The position numbers and the translations under genes were made by a program. Positions 13,500 through 26,680 of a stretch of DNA of 64,000 nt are shown here, one piece after another. The notes below the pieces were generated by a model, which saw only the letters and a list, made by a program, of their open reading frames with translations, did not search any database and had not been told where the DNA came from. The stretch comes from Haliotis rufescens (lineage: Eukaryota). Location of the stretch: the NCBI RefSeq assembly GCF_023055435.1, contig NW_025964334.1, positions 3,410,001 to 3,474,000 on the forward strand. The letters run 5' to 3'. Positions within the stretch are counted from its first letter, which is position 1. Each line of letters starts with the position of its first letter.

Positions 13500-15170
13500 A
13501 TGGACAGGAAAGAGACAATGTGGAGTAGGCACGTGGACAGGAAGGACACAATGTGGAGTAGGCACGTGGACAGGAAGGATATAATGTGGAGTAGGCACGT
13601 GGACAGGAAAGAGACAATGTGAAGTAGGCACGTGGACAGGAAGGAGAGAATAGTGGTGTGGGCACGTGGACAGGAAAGAGACAATGTGAAGTAGGCACGT
13701 GGACAGGAAGGAGAGAATAGTGGTGTAGGCACGTGGACAGGAAGGAGACAATGTGAAGTAGGCACGTGGACAGGAAAGAGACAATGTGAAGTAGGCATAT
13801 TGACAGGAAGGAGAGAATAGTGGTGTAGGCACGTGGACAGGAAAGAGACAATGTGAAGTAGGCACGTGGACAGGAAGGAGAGAATAGTGGTGTAGGCACG
13901 TGGACAGGAAGGAGACAATGTGAAGTAGGCACGTGGACAGGAAGGAGAGAATGTGGAGTAGGCACGTGGACAGGAAAGAGACACTGTGAAGTAGGCACGT
14001 TGACAGGAAGGAGAGAATAGTGGTGTAGGCAGGAGAGAATAGTGGTGTTGGCATGTGGACAGGAAAGAGACAATGTGAAGTAGGCACGTGGACAGGAAGG
14101 AGAGAGTAGGGAGTAGGCACGTGGAGAGGAAAGATACAATGTGAAGTAGGCACGTGGACAGGAAAGAGACAATGTGAAGTATGCACGTGGACAGGAAAGA
14201 GACAATGTGAAGTAGGCACGTGGACAGGAAGGAGAAAATGTGAAGTAGGCACGTGGACAGGAAAGAGACACTGTGAAGTAGGCACGTGGACAGGCAAGGG
14301 ACATTGTGAAGTAGGCACGTGGACAGGAAGGAGAGAGTAGGGAGTAGGCACGTGGACAGGAAGGAGAGAATAGTTGAGTGGGCACGGGCAGGAAGGAGAG
14401 AATAGTGGTGTAGGCACGTGGACAGGAAAGAGACACTGTGAGTGGGCACGTGGACAGAAAGGAGAGAGTAGGGAGTAGGCACGTGGAGAGGAAAGAGACA
14501 ATGTGAAGTAGGCACGTGGACAGGAAAGAGACAATGTGAAGTAGGCACGTGGACAGGAAAGAGACAATGTGAAGTAGGCACGTGGACAGGAAAGAGACAA
14601 TGTGAAGTAGGCACGTGGACAGGCAAGAGACATTGTGAAGTAGGCACGTGGACAGGAAGGAGAGAGTAGGGAGTAGGCACGTGGAGAGGAAAGAGACAAT
14701 GTGAAGTAGGCACGTGGACAGGAAGGAGAGAGTAGGGAGTAGGCACGTGGAGAGGAAAGAGACAATGTGAAGTAGGCACGTGGACAGGAAAGAGACAATG
14801 TGAAGTAGGCACGTGGACAGGAAAGAGACACTGTGAAGTAGGCACGTGGACAGGAAGGAGAGAGTAGGGAGTAGGCACGTGGAGAGGAAAGAGACAATGT
14901 GAAGTAGGCACGTGGACAGGAAAGAGACAATGTGAAGTAGGCACGTGGACAGGAAAGAGACAATGTGAAGTAGGCACGTGGACAGGCAAGAGACAATGTG
15001 AAGTAGGCACGTGGACAGGAAAGAGACAATGTGAAGTAGGCACGTGGACAGGCAAGAGACATTGTGAAGTAGGCACGTGGACAGGCAAGAGACATTGTGA
15101 AGTAGGCACGTGGACAGAAAGGAGAGAGTAGGGAGTAGGCACCTGGACAGGAAGGAGAGAATAGTTGAAC
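13500..15170. repeat. 33-bp minisatellite
   Basis: GTGGACAGGAAAGAGACAATGTGAAGTAGGCAC. Confidence 0.96.
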
Positions 15171-15179
15171 ACGTAGCCA

Positions 15180-15495
15180 GGGCAGACGCACTATCCACGA
15201 CATCATGGAGGCGATCTCCGGGCAGACGCTCCATACACTACACTGCGGAGGCGGCCTGCGGGCAGACGCACTATCCACTACACCACGTAGGCGGCCTCCG
15301 GACAGACGCTCTATCCACTACACCGCAGAGGCGGCCTCCGGACAGGCGCTCTATCCACTACACCACGTAGGCGGCCTCCGGGCAGACGCTCTATCCACTA
15401 CACCGCAGAGGCGGCCTCCGGGCAGACGCTCTATCCACTACACCACGTAGGCGGCCTCCGGGCAGACGCTCTATCCACTACACCACGGAGGCGGT
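15180..15495. repeat. 40-bp GC-rich minisatellite
   Basis: GGGCAGACGCTCTATCCACTACACCACGTAGGCGGCCTCC. Confidence 0.92.
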
Positions 15496-17011
15496 CTATT
15501 AATATTGTAATGTAATGCGACTCATTTGATTTATAACTATCAGAGAGAAACATTTATCGGAACTCGTTTCAGATTAAGATTGAAATAGACAATCTTAATC
15601 TGAAACCAGTTCCATTGCTGGCCATGACTGCATTTGGCACGTGATTTTAAATGCCGCAATAAAAATTAATGTTTCAGATAACTTGCTCCTTTCTTTGAAA
15701 CACTGACATTTGTAGAATTTAACAGGCTTACTAAAGTATACTTGATTCAATACAATTTGATAACCAATGGAGATAAGTCTGTCTTAATTTAGCAAAAGGG
15801 AATACATAATATTCATCTGACCACAAAAGTAACCTGCGTACAGTCTTTTCTTGTGCACCATTGCTAACATGTTTTCGTCACAAGTTAACCTTGAAATCAT
15901 GAAGTGACACCCTTTATTATCAATAACTCATTATTAATGTTTTATTAAAGTTGTTTGTTGTATAACATTCTGGTTGAAGTGAAGATTTAATTCCACAGTC
16001 ATGCGTTGGGTACTTTAAAGACGAAATAGATTCGTGCCATTCATAGTGAACAGAAATGTCCTTCAAACGTTGTTTTACTTGATATACAAACACGTGTAAT
16101 CACCAAGGCGTTGGCCCCATGAAGATCCGGAATAGGTTCTCAGCAACCCATGTGTGCCGCAAAAGGCGACCATGCTTGTCGTAAGAGGCTGATTTGGTTG
16201 ATGCATGTCATCGATCCCAATTTCGTGGATCGATGCTCATGATATCACACAGACTCGATTATTTACAGATGTCATATAGATTGAATATTGTCGAGTGTGA
16301 CGTTAAACAAACAAACACACAAACACACATACATATATTGGTGACTTGGTTGACAACGTGGCGTCCCGCCCCAACGACATGGATCACTGCTCTTGATACT
16401 GATCACTGATCACTGGATTATCTGGATAGACTCGGTTGTTTTCAGACCACCGTCGTATTGCAGGAGTATTGCTGGGTGCGGCGTTAAGGAACAAACAAAC
16501 TCATTTATACCTGTGTGCGCGTGACAGATGCTGCCGGTAGAGGACATGCCGAGTCTTTCCGCGAACAACTGTTGTCATCAGTGATCCATACGTATTATTT
16601 TCACCACTATGTTTTCTTTTACGCTCGATGGAATCTGTTTCGGCATATCATCGTAAGAGGCGACTAACGGGATCGGGTGGTCAGGCTCGTTGACTTGGTT
16701 GATGCATGTCATCGATCCCAATTGCGTGGACCGATGCTCATGATGACAATCACTGGATTGTCTGGTCCAATCTGGATAATTTACAGACCTCCGTCATATG
16801 GCTGTAATATTGCTGAGTGCGGCGTTAAACAACAAACAAAACAAGTAATTCAAGCCGTAGTATTAACCATACACAGAAAAATCCTAAACACCATACACCT
16901 TAAATTGGATACCAAATTGGGTTTACCATCTTCATCTGTCGTGAATGAGGTGGAAGCACATTGTATATTCTCTGTACGGCTCAAGGGCGTGTTATGGAGT
17001 GTCCGTCTTTG

Positions 17012-17177
17012 TGAGTGAGTGAGTATGGTTTAACGCCGCTTTTAGCAATATTCCAGCAATATCAGGGCCTGGGACACCAGAAATGGGTCACACATCGTAC
17101 CAATGTCGGGAATCGAAACCGGGTCTTCGGCGTGACGAGCGAACGCTTTAACCACTAGGCTACCCAACCGCCCCCCA
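17012..17177 (-). mobile_element. SINE family A
   Basis: Reverse complement of the family consensus. Confidence 0.9.
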
Positions 17178-17665
17178 TTATTGTGAACACGTGTTATGAT
17201 CCTTAGCTGACAGCAACATTGATGACGAGATGTGTTCTAAACTTATGTTGGTTACATTCTTAAGCTTGTATAGAACCTTACTTTTGCAGAGCATGTACAT
17301 AGATATGTTATATATCGTGACGATCATTTTACTGCTCTTACAGAAAACTATAAATGGCTGAGGATATGATTATAACGTGCACACATGTGTCTTATATTGT
17401 GCTATGTTTGATTCATCTTATCGTCGTAATACCCTTGGCAGCTGCAGAACGCGGTTTTCGTGTAATGTATATACTGAACGTGATTCACGAAGCACTTGCT
17501 TGCTTCTCCAAAGCTCAGTCTCTCAGCCTGACCGTTGTTCTGGCACTTCAGAGTACATGACCTGGTGACCTTGCACATAGCGGTGTCGGTGTAGGAACTA
17601 CTGGAACCACGGCACAAACAATACATATTGGGAATATAGTTCGGTAGGTTTCGTTTAAGCACAAA

Positions 17666-17833
17666 GGGGGCGGTCGGGTAGCCTAGTGGTTAAAGCGTTC
17701 GCTCGTCACGCCGAAGACCCGGGTTCGATTCCCGACATGGGTACAATGTGTGAAGCCCATTTGTGGTGTCCCCCGCCGTGATATTGCTGGAATATTGCTA
17801 AAAGCGGCGTAAAACCATACTCACTCACTCACT
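17666..17833 (+). mobile_element. SINE family A
   Basis: Full copy; TSD TTAAGCACAAAG. Confidence 0.92.
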
Positions 17834-17944
17834 TAAGCACAAAGACGGGAACTCGTTTAAGCACATAGATGGGAACACGTGACTCCCATGGTCTGGGGCG
17901 CTACATCTACCCCGGACAGATTTGCGTCCCTTACAGTTGTACCG

Positions 17945-18185
17945 GGGTGTGCTGATCCCCAGTTTTTCCTTATATGGCTGACCCCTAATGCGTCCTGGCA
18001 TGGCTGATCCCTAGATCGTCGTGATATGGCTCATCTCTTGATCATCCTGGTGTGGCTGATCCCCAGTGTGTCCTGATATAGCTGACCCCTAGTTCGTCCT
18101 GACATAGCTGATCCCTAGATCGTCGTGATATAGCTGACCCCTAGTTCGTCCTGATATGGCTGATCCTTGGTTCGTCCTGATGTGG
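17945..18185. repeat. Degenerate minisatellite, about 26 bp
   Basis: GCTGA(T/C)CCCTAGTTCGTCCTGATAT. Confidence 0.75.
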
Positions 18186-18348
18186 ATCTTCTGTCTGTCC
18201 ACACCGTGCTTGTGTCTTAATCCAAAGTGGTAGTTTCCTCCCAAGTCAATTCAAAACGCTAAAGCCAGAGAAAAATCAGTCTTGATTATGCGCCGAAACA
18301 GATTCCATAGAGCGTAAAAGAAAACATAGTGGTGAAAATAAAACGAAT

Positions 18349-19040
18349 GGATCACTGATGACAACAGGTGTTCGCGAAAAGGCTAGGCATGTCCTCTACT
18401 GGCAGCATCTGTCACGCGCACACAAGTATACTCAACAACAAAAGTTCCGTTTGATAGTGGTAGAGGGAAATCTCAATGGACAGCGGTACCGCTTCGAGAT
18501 CATCGGCCCTGTTGTTCTACCGTTTTTGCGTCGTCGTCGTTACCTTTCAACATGACAACGCCCGGCCTCATTTTGCTCGACTTGTTCAGGATTCTCTTCA
18601 ACAAAACAACGTGAATGTCATCCCCTGGCCGGTTCGCTCCCCTGATCTCTCACCAATCGAGAACATGTCGGATGAGATGGTTCGGCGCCTTCGTCGTCAA
18701 CCACGTGTTCCACAGACACTCCAGGAACTTCGAAATATGCTCCAGCAGATATGGACAGATATCCCACGACGCCTGGTCCATTTCATGAGACGAAGGTGTG
18801 TTGCTTGCATCGCAACCAGAGGTGGACACACACGCTATTGATTTGTAAATTGATATTTTGGCATGTTCATGTTTTTTTATGAAATCACGCATTTTCTGAA
18901 GTCAGTATGGCAAATTAAACCATTTGAACACTTACAGGAGTCTGTTATCTGTTGCAAACCGAAATTGTTTCAGATTTGGTAAAAAACAGAACTTTGCATT
19001 AAATCTTATTCAATGTTACATGAACGTTTGTCGTTCAGTA
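18349..19040 (+). mobile_element. Tc1 3' fragment
   Basis: GNLNGQRY, FQHDNARPH, WPVRSPDLSPIE, RGGHTRY*; ends CAGTA|TA. Confidence 0.88.
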
Positions 19041-19166
19041 TATATTTGAGTTAGTTTGTTCCTTAACGCCGCACCCAGCAATACTCCTGTCATACGACGG
19101 TGGTCTGAAAACAACCGAGTCTATCCAGATAATCCAGTGATCAGTATCAAGAGCAGTGATCCATGT

Positions 19167-19626
19167 CAATCTCATTAAAATCAGATCTTAGTTCTTGCTA
19201 CCGCTAAACAAAGATATGAGGACATCCCATTACGGGTCACGTCAGACCGACCTTGCGCGAACTTTGACCGACCAATGGAATGACCAATCAGAAGGCATCT
19301 TTCTCGTGCTTTACCGCACTAATTTCAAATTGGCGACTACGCTTCGAAACATATTTTGACAAATTCTCTATTACAAATTTGAAACCTGAACAAAATAGCT
19401 AATGGCTGGAATGGCTAATAGATGGTCTAGACTGTATTGATTCAGTCGTTAAACCCGTAACTATCGTTCGGAGTTAAAGTTTTCGAGGCTGCATGATTAG
19501 AAATCACATTCCGACTGTCACTTTCATAATCTGGTAGGCGATGCTCTGATTGGTCGGATGAATGGGATGTCCTCAGATCTTTGTTTTGCGGTAGCGAGCA
19601 CTGAGGTCTGATTTTAATGAGATTGT
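19167..19626. mobile_element. MITE with about 60-bp TIRs and about 10-bp TSD (Mutator-like)
   Basis: CAATCTCATTAAAATCAGA...TCTGATTTTAATGAGATTG; TSD TGAT(C/T)CATGT. Confidence 0.8.
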
Positions 19627-19851
19627 GATTCATGTCGTCGGGACGGGACGCCACGTTGTCAACCAAGTCACCGTTATATGTGTGTTTGTTTCTTTAACGT
19701 CACACTCGACCATATTCCATCTATATGACATCTGTAAATAATCGAGTCTGTGATATCTTGAGCATCTGTTCACGTACCTGGGATACGACGCCATGCATCA
19801 ACCAAGTCAGCGAGTCTGACCACCTGATCCCGTTAGTCGCCTGTTACAAGT

Positions 19852-20006
19852 ATCGAAGGCAGTTTGGCAGGGTATAGGTTTTAACAGGGAGTATATATAT
19901 ATATGTCTTATAAATTCCCTGAGTTGAATAAGTTAAATATATATATAGATAAATAATAGCCCAGCTGCTATATATAAGACCTATACCCTGCCAAACTGCC
20001 TACGAT
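19852..20006. mobile_element. Small foldback element inside a family C SINE
   Basis: Arms ATCG.AGGCAGTTTGGCAGGGTATAGGT / ACCTATACCCTGCCAAACTGCCT.CGAT. Confidence 0.7.
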
Positions 20007-23000
20007 GCAAGCATGGATTGCTGAAGACCTATTCTAACCCGGCTTTTTAATATATGAATGATTTTGCATATATGGATGCACCTCTCATAATTTACATGAC
20101 AGTTTGGGAATATTGAAGAAATGTGCTTTCTGTCTCTATGTCTGTTTAGTGTGCACACATTGGCGGATCCGATGTTGGTAGGTTCGAATCTTGCCCTAAA
20201 TATGATTCTTGGTTTCTCAGCATTAAACCCATGCTTTCACTAGAGGGGAACACGTCTAAGGGGTACTTAAAGACGTGTCGGTTAGGTGCTGAAGTAAAGT
20301 CAGACATAACTGCAGAAACCGACTGACTGTCTAGGCGTGGAGTCGATCGTTTTATATATAGTTTAGTGGGACAGTCGCAGCAAGAACATGCAGTCAGTCA
20401 CTCTGACAAATCGGACAAGACGACAGTGATTAAGTGGTCTTTAATCATGCCCCCTTATCTTTGACCGTAACACACTGAATTATTAGTTAAACACCGCTTG
20501 AGATGGGAGGATCTTCTTTTTTCCCCTCTATCTACCTTGATGAAAAACTCGTGTCGCCAGCGGGATGCGAAGCCGCGAAGTTCGCCCCGAAGGCTAACGA
20601 ATGTAGTCTTCTGTCGCGGCGACATAGGAGAATAGACAGTGACCTATATATTAACAACAAGACTAATAGATAATCTGTGCATTAAATGTACGCGTGATTT
20701 GGTAGTTTTTCTAATGAAAATGCTCCTTTCTCGATCAGGGCTAGGATTGCTCATAATAGGCCCATCAACTCGGGAAAATTTCTGTGATTGATAAATGTGC
20801 TGGGGTTGGTCCAAAATAAATTGTATATTAGGCCCGGGTCGCAAGAGAGCGAGCCCACTGACACCACGCCTCAGATTAACATGGATACCCAGCTAAGACA
20901 GGGTAACAACAAGTACCATCCTTTAACGTCATTTGGTATGGTGAGGCCGGGGATCGAACCACAGACCTTCCACCCTCCTGGCAAACGCTTTACCCACTAC
21001 ACCTCGGAGGCGGTCCAAAAAGTAGTATATTGACAATATATGAAACAACTTCGGACTTCTAACATCGTTGAGGTGCAGATGTCCATGTCAGCTTCTTACG
21101 ACCTGTATCGATGGAGAACATTGCAACACAACAATAGTCTCCTTACAACTTGGTTGGACGGTAACCCGTGCAGCATGTGTGAAAGGTGCACCTACTGGCG
21201 TCAGGCGAGGAATGTGCGGAGGGATCACTGTCGCTTCCTGCTCAACACAGCTATAGTTCAATGCACATATTTAGCTTTTTGATAGCATTTTTTACAAACA
21301 GTTGGAATTTACAAAATGTCATCGTGCCCTGCACATGATCGTCTTTTGACCCAGCGCGAGCCTCTGTGATGACGTCACTCCAACTCAAGCTCCACACAGC
21401 GTTCTACACATCCGTATTCAACAGGCACAGTCGCATGTCTGAATCCGAGTTGTCATATTAAAATATGGATACAAATTTATTATTGACACTGTTGATTCTG
21501 GCCACAGGGTGCATGGCGGGTAAGTAGAAATTATATTGATAATGTTCGTTGTCTTAGTGACATCACAGCAGAATGTATGATTAAGTTTGTCAAATTAAAT
21601 ACGCAATGGTTGCAGGGTGTCTGAATGTTTCCCTTGCCCCAAACTAGCGTTCTTAACTCAAGCGAAGTTAGAATGTCAACAATGTAATGGATGTGTTATT
21701 CAATGTGTTCTTGTGCGGAAGTATTTGAGTCAGCTGGTATGATGTCAAGCGAATGTTCTTGAAATTACGTTGTTCATATGTGTGGTACAGACAAGCTCCT
21801 CGGACATCGTACGATGAGCACATGTTGGTCCATAGGATCTGCACAGCTCAAGAATTGAGCTACAATTTCAGGAATGCTTAAACTATCCGATGCGTGTTAA
21901 AACCATTAAAAACCACATGTTTTGGACTTGTCAATCGTATATATAAGGATCAAATGTCTAAAATGAGTTAGAAAAACTTTATCAAGGGTCACGGATATGC
22001 TCATAGATTTTGATTGAAATATGAAAAAGTCCATTTTCACTCATTTTAGCAGGCTTAGTGCTTTCTCATTTGAAGAATACAAAACATCCCAGTTGTCCTA
22101 TAATTTTAATACCGATATTTCACAGTTTCTGCACCTTAATATTTCACATTATCGTGAGCCAAAGGGACTCTGAGCACATCTCGTTCTTTATAGCATCACG
22201 TCTCCTTCAATGTTTAAACTGAACCGGGGTCGGGTCATGTGACCTGGGTGGCAACGTTTTTTCCTGTCCGTGGATCGTGGTTTATGCTTTCATTCACTGG
22301 TTTGCCTGGTTTAGCAGCCTGTATAATACAACATGGCGGGTCCATTAGCTGAATACTGAAATTTTCTTATCTCTAACAAATTGGCGGAGTGCATGAAATT
22401 GACAAACTGGTTTTTACTTAACTTAATTGTGCATATTATCGAATCTTTCATTTACAAAACAATGTGTACTGCATTCGTAAGACGCGACTAACAGGATCGG
22501 GTGGTCAGACTCGCTGACTTGGTTGATGCATGTCATCGTATCCCAATTGCGTGGATCGATGCTCATGATGTCATTCACTGGATCGTCTGGTCCACACTCG
22601 ATTATTTACAGACCACCGTCATATAGCTGGAATACTGCTGAGTGCGGCGTTAAACAACAAAGAAACAAACAAGCGAAACCTTACGGTACATTTCAGCTCT
22701 CGGTGACAAATGGTTGAGTAAATTAAATTATCGTACAAGCTGAAAGATAATTTAATTTCCTCACAATGTATGTTATCAGCCCATTGTTGGAGAAAGCCCT
22801 ATGGGCGTAGGCGTGTCAACATGTCAGCATTTAATTTCAATGTCCCTGGTGCTGGGTATCCAACGGAGGTTATGTCAAGGCCTGTGTGTCGGTCGTCGTC
22901 AATACAATTGTGCAAAAACAACACCCCAACAGATTGGGTTGCGTTGATATATTTTTGCACGGATTTTGTTTATTTTACAGATCTTAACGGGCGTTCAAAT

Positions 23001-25303
23001 GTCCATACTGAATGTCATATCATATGGTTTTTAATTTTATAAAATAAGAAAATACGTCATCGTCTCAGAAACTCCCCAGCCCAGAAACGTTTGTTGGGGG
23101 TGGAGTGTGCTAAATAATATCAGGGTACAAGCTCACCTTATGGGGGCACGGCTGGCCCAGTCGTCTAAGGCGCCGCTATTAGCTGTGCAGAGTTGCGTCC
23201 CTTGGGCACGCCAGAAACCAATGATTGTGGGTTTGCATCCCAGTTCGCCCCGATTATGTTTCTAAGTTTGTCAGCACCATACCCGTGCTCGTGGGTTTCA
23301 CCGAAGTGGTAAACGTCTTAGATCTATATCACTTCGGGCTTCCCACCTACATTAAGCTGACACACCGTTATATAACTGGAATAATGTTAAAAGCAGCGTT
23401 AAACCCAACTCACTCACCTTTAATACGTCATAGTATAATACCTAAGTATTGAAGGTTTACTTAGATAGCTAGTTTGTCTCATAATCATACTTGGTAGACT
23501 TTCTTCCATTGCCATTTCCTTGTTTTCAGTGCATTGAAAATGTAATGGCACATGCTGCTTATATCCGATGGCATGATCGCCCAGCTCAGAAATGACGAAC
23601 AGAGCTAATCATAAACTTCGGAAGCCTCATAAACCGGGATGTGGCAGAAATACAAGTCTTATCGGAGGTAGTCGATTTTATGGTGTTAAGTGACAATAAA
23701 TATTCAAGTACTGTGGGAGAACATTCTCCGTGAGTGCATTTTGTTGACTAATGAATTCCTGAATATGATAGCGACTGGTAAACACCATAAGGTATTCAAT
23801 AAAATCATCGAGCCACATGACACCTTTGTTTCCCGGCAGGCTTTTACGTGGATTATCTTTCTGAGGGTTCAGGGGACTCAAGGTCTTTGATTGTAGGAGC
23901 CCAAAGCTCGACAAATGGAGTCCAGGGGAAATGCACAAAAATTGAATACCATCCTCAACCACAAGCGACAAATGATTGCGCATGCTCAGAGGCCGTTATC
24001 TAAACATAGACATGGAGTCCCCAAACTGAATTGAATCTTCAAGTGTCAGTGATATCGACGAGGATTCGTGTGTTGTTGTTTTTTATATAATCGTGTGCGG
24101 AAATTAATCTAAGTTGTACCAAATTATCAAAAAGCAGCATTCATTCCTGAGCATTCATACACATTTTCCTCATCCCAGTGGATGCACTTTGAAATGTTTA
24201 GGGTCCTTTTTTTAATTTTAATGGGTATACAAATGCAGGATTTGGCGTCCGCTTGAAAATTACTGCAGTTGGTCTCTCAGATGTACAAATACATTAACGA
24301 AAGAAGTAAATATATAAAGAGTTCTTTATGAGTTCGGTGATCTGGATATTTTCTCATGATATTTTTTCCTTCTAACACGTGTTTCTTGCGCTACACGTGG
24401 TCCTGCATCGGCTTATGTCATCGCATCAATCTGTCGCAGCTGCCACAGCTGACCAGTCACCTGATGTAGAAACAAGCATGGTGTTCACCAGCTGTATGCG
24501 AGCTGTGCCTGTATTCCAGCGATGTTGCCGTATGTTCGGAATGGGCGGTATTTAGCTGTGCTGCTTAGTTTAGACGAATAGCTTCCTGATGCGAGCAAAT
24601 CAACCCGAGTTTTCCGTGAGTCGTACCGTACCTTCTGATACCAAACCATCGCGGCTGCCCCTCCGAATCTCCACACACGGTTGTGCTGCTCTGAGCTCTG
24701 AGCGACACGTGTGGCGGATCGGTTCCCACAGCGCTCATTCAGTTTATCTTATCGCGACACTTATTCTGGTAACAGTGGTGCTCAGGTGGGATCAGAGTGA
24801 CATCATTGGCATTAGGTGATGATTGGCTCGCCGCAGTTCGGGGGATAATGAAGACGAGACCAGGGAAGGGCGTTACTCCGCACTTGTACAAGATGCGGCG
24901 TGTCAAGGAAACCTCCAGGGCTCATATCACCGTCTATGCAAGTGACTGCAGGCTTGCCTCCCTTAGTCGTGTCGGATTCGCTGATTATGAACCTTGGTCA
25001 CCACTACACTTATACCCAAGGGTGCCCCTGAGCGGACGGTCAATGGTTCCCCGGTCGCGTTATAACAAAGAACGTAAAAATATAAAGGGGATAAACAAGG
25101 ACTGGTCGGCTCTAAGTGGTGGTCATGTTAAACTGTGGCATGGTAGCTCAGTGGAAAGGCACTATCAAACCGACATATATCCGGACAGGTACAAGCAAGC
25201 ACACACACACACACCCCACCCCTAACATACACACGCACATACGCACATACGCACATACGCACGCACGCGCTCGTGCGCGTCACTCTATAGGTGCATTAAT
25301 CCA

Positions 25304-25412
25304 GGGCCCACTTGCACAAAGCGATCTTAGCACTACAACTATTGTAAGCCGATGTTAAAGTATGGGAGTTACGATCATCTTAGCGCTAAGATCGCTTTGT
25401 GCAAGTGGGCCC
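25304..25412. mobile_element. About 108-bp MITE (Harbinger/Tourist-like, CWG flanks); second copy at about 34231-34338
   Basis: TIR GGCCCACTTGCACAAAGCGATCTTAGC. Confidence 0.75.
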
Positions 25413-25782
25413 TGAACTTCTAGTCCGTATCCAAGGCACAGTACAAACCACATACATACAGTCAAGAACAGTTACCGGTATTTTGTTTTTGCGTGAGACC
25501 AATATCACTCCCAAATGCCCGTTCCAGTAAATTACATTAGCATTAAGACGATCGTAACTTTCATTCATTACTATGGACTTACGGCAGTCGTAGCGCTGTG
25601 ATTGCTTTGAGGAAGGGGGTCCAAGCTTCCAAATACCTGGACAGAAAATTGAACACTTCCAGTGGGGTAATCAGAATTGTATTAGTGAGTGGCTCAAAGA
25701 CAACGACACATTGGCAACATTTCAACCATATTCTCGGTGGGAAGTGTGTTGCAATCAAGTTGCGTCCCTTCTGTATGCTACA

Positions 25783-26063
25783 GGGGGCCCAGGTGGCCCA
25801 GTCGTCTAAGGCGCCGTGACTCGCTGTGCAGAGTTGCGTCCCTTGAACGCCAGAAACCTATGATTGGGGGTTCGAATCCCGGTTCCCCCTGATTTTGTTT
25901 CTAGGTTTGTCAGCACCATACCCGTGCTCGTGGGTTTCACCGAAGTGGTAAACGTCTGAGACCTGCATCACTTCGGGCTTTCCTCCCACATTAAGCTGAC
26001 ACGCCGCGATATAACGGGAATACTGTTAAAAGCGGCGTTAAACCCAACTCACTCACTCACTCA
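25783..26063 (+). mobile_element. tRNA(Leu-like)-headed SINE with V-domain-like body (family D)
   Basis: GGCCCAGTCGTCTAAGGCGC...GGTTCGAATCCC...GTGGGTTTC...TTTCCTCCCACA...(ACTC)n. Copies at about 23142-23417, 26080-26245, 35350-35565, 42325-42575(-), 45750-45900 and 54030-54220. Confidence 0.8.
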
Positions 26064-26680
26064 GGATGCTACAAACCTTTGACCGTGGGTTCGAATCCCA
26101 GTTCGCCCTGATTATGTTTCTAGGTTTGTCAGTCACGTGCTCGTGGGTTTCACCCAAGTGGTAAGCGTGTTGGACCTGCATCACAAACGCCGTGATATAA
26201 CGGGAATGCTATTCAAAGCGGTGGTAAACCAAACTCTCTCACGCACTCGCTGATATGTCGTAAGATAATAACGGTTTAACCCAGCTCATTCACTCACTCA
26301 TTCCTCAAAGTGGCATGTTCAGTGAACAGCGCGGGCACTTGTTCTGGATTTGACTCGTCTTATTTATATAAATGCAAGTAGTGAATGTCATACATTATCT
26401 TAGCATGCTATTCCCATCACATGATAGGGGCAAATAAAATCGAAACATGCCAGCCGTTATCTGAGTGTATGTGTGTATATATTTAATGTTGTATGTGAAC
26501 GTGTACGTCTCGGGGGATCATTTTAGAACCATGGTCTGTAAGACCTGACACAGCGCAAGGTATTAACATGTTCATTTGTGCTGTAACTGTGTCACTTATT
26601 ATAGTGGGAGTAAATATATCAATGCAGTGCATACACATATTGCTATGGAATACATCAGGGGGAACATCACGCACGATATA

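Noticed and set aside
13436-15278. Three overlapping ORFs of about 600 aa on the minus strand
   Set aside because: All three frames are open because the 33-bp unit lacks stops.
17666-17745. Functional tRNA-Asp or tRNA-Leu genes
   Set aside because: They are SINE heads with bodies, tails and TSDs.
23678-23983. 101-aa minus-strand ORF (also 21040-21282, 41761-41985, 61246-61533)
   Set aside because: No recognisable motifs or splice context.
24589-24819. First exon with a type II membrane anchor
   Set aside because: Hydrophobic stretch present, but no convincing donor in the phase needed for exon 34541 and no homology; cannot be excluded as an upstream exon.
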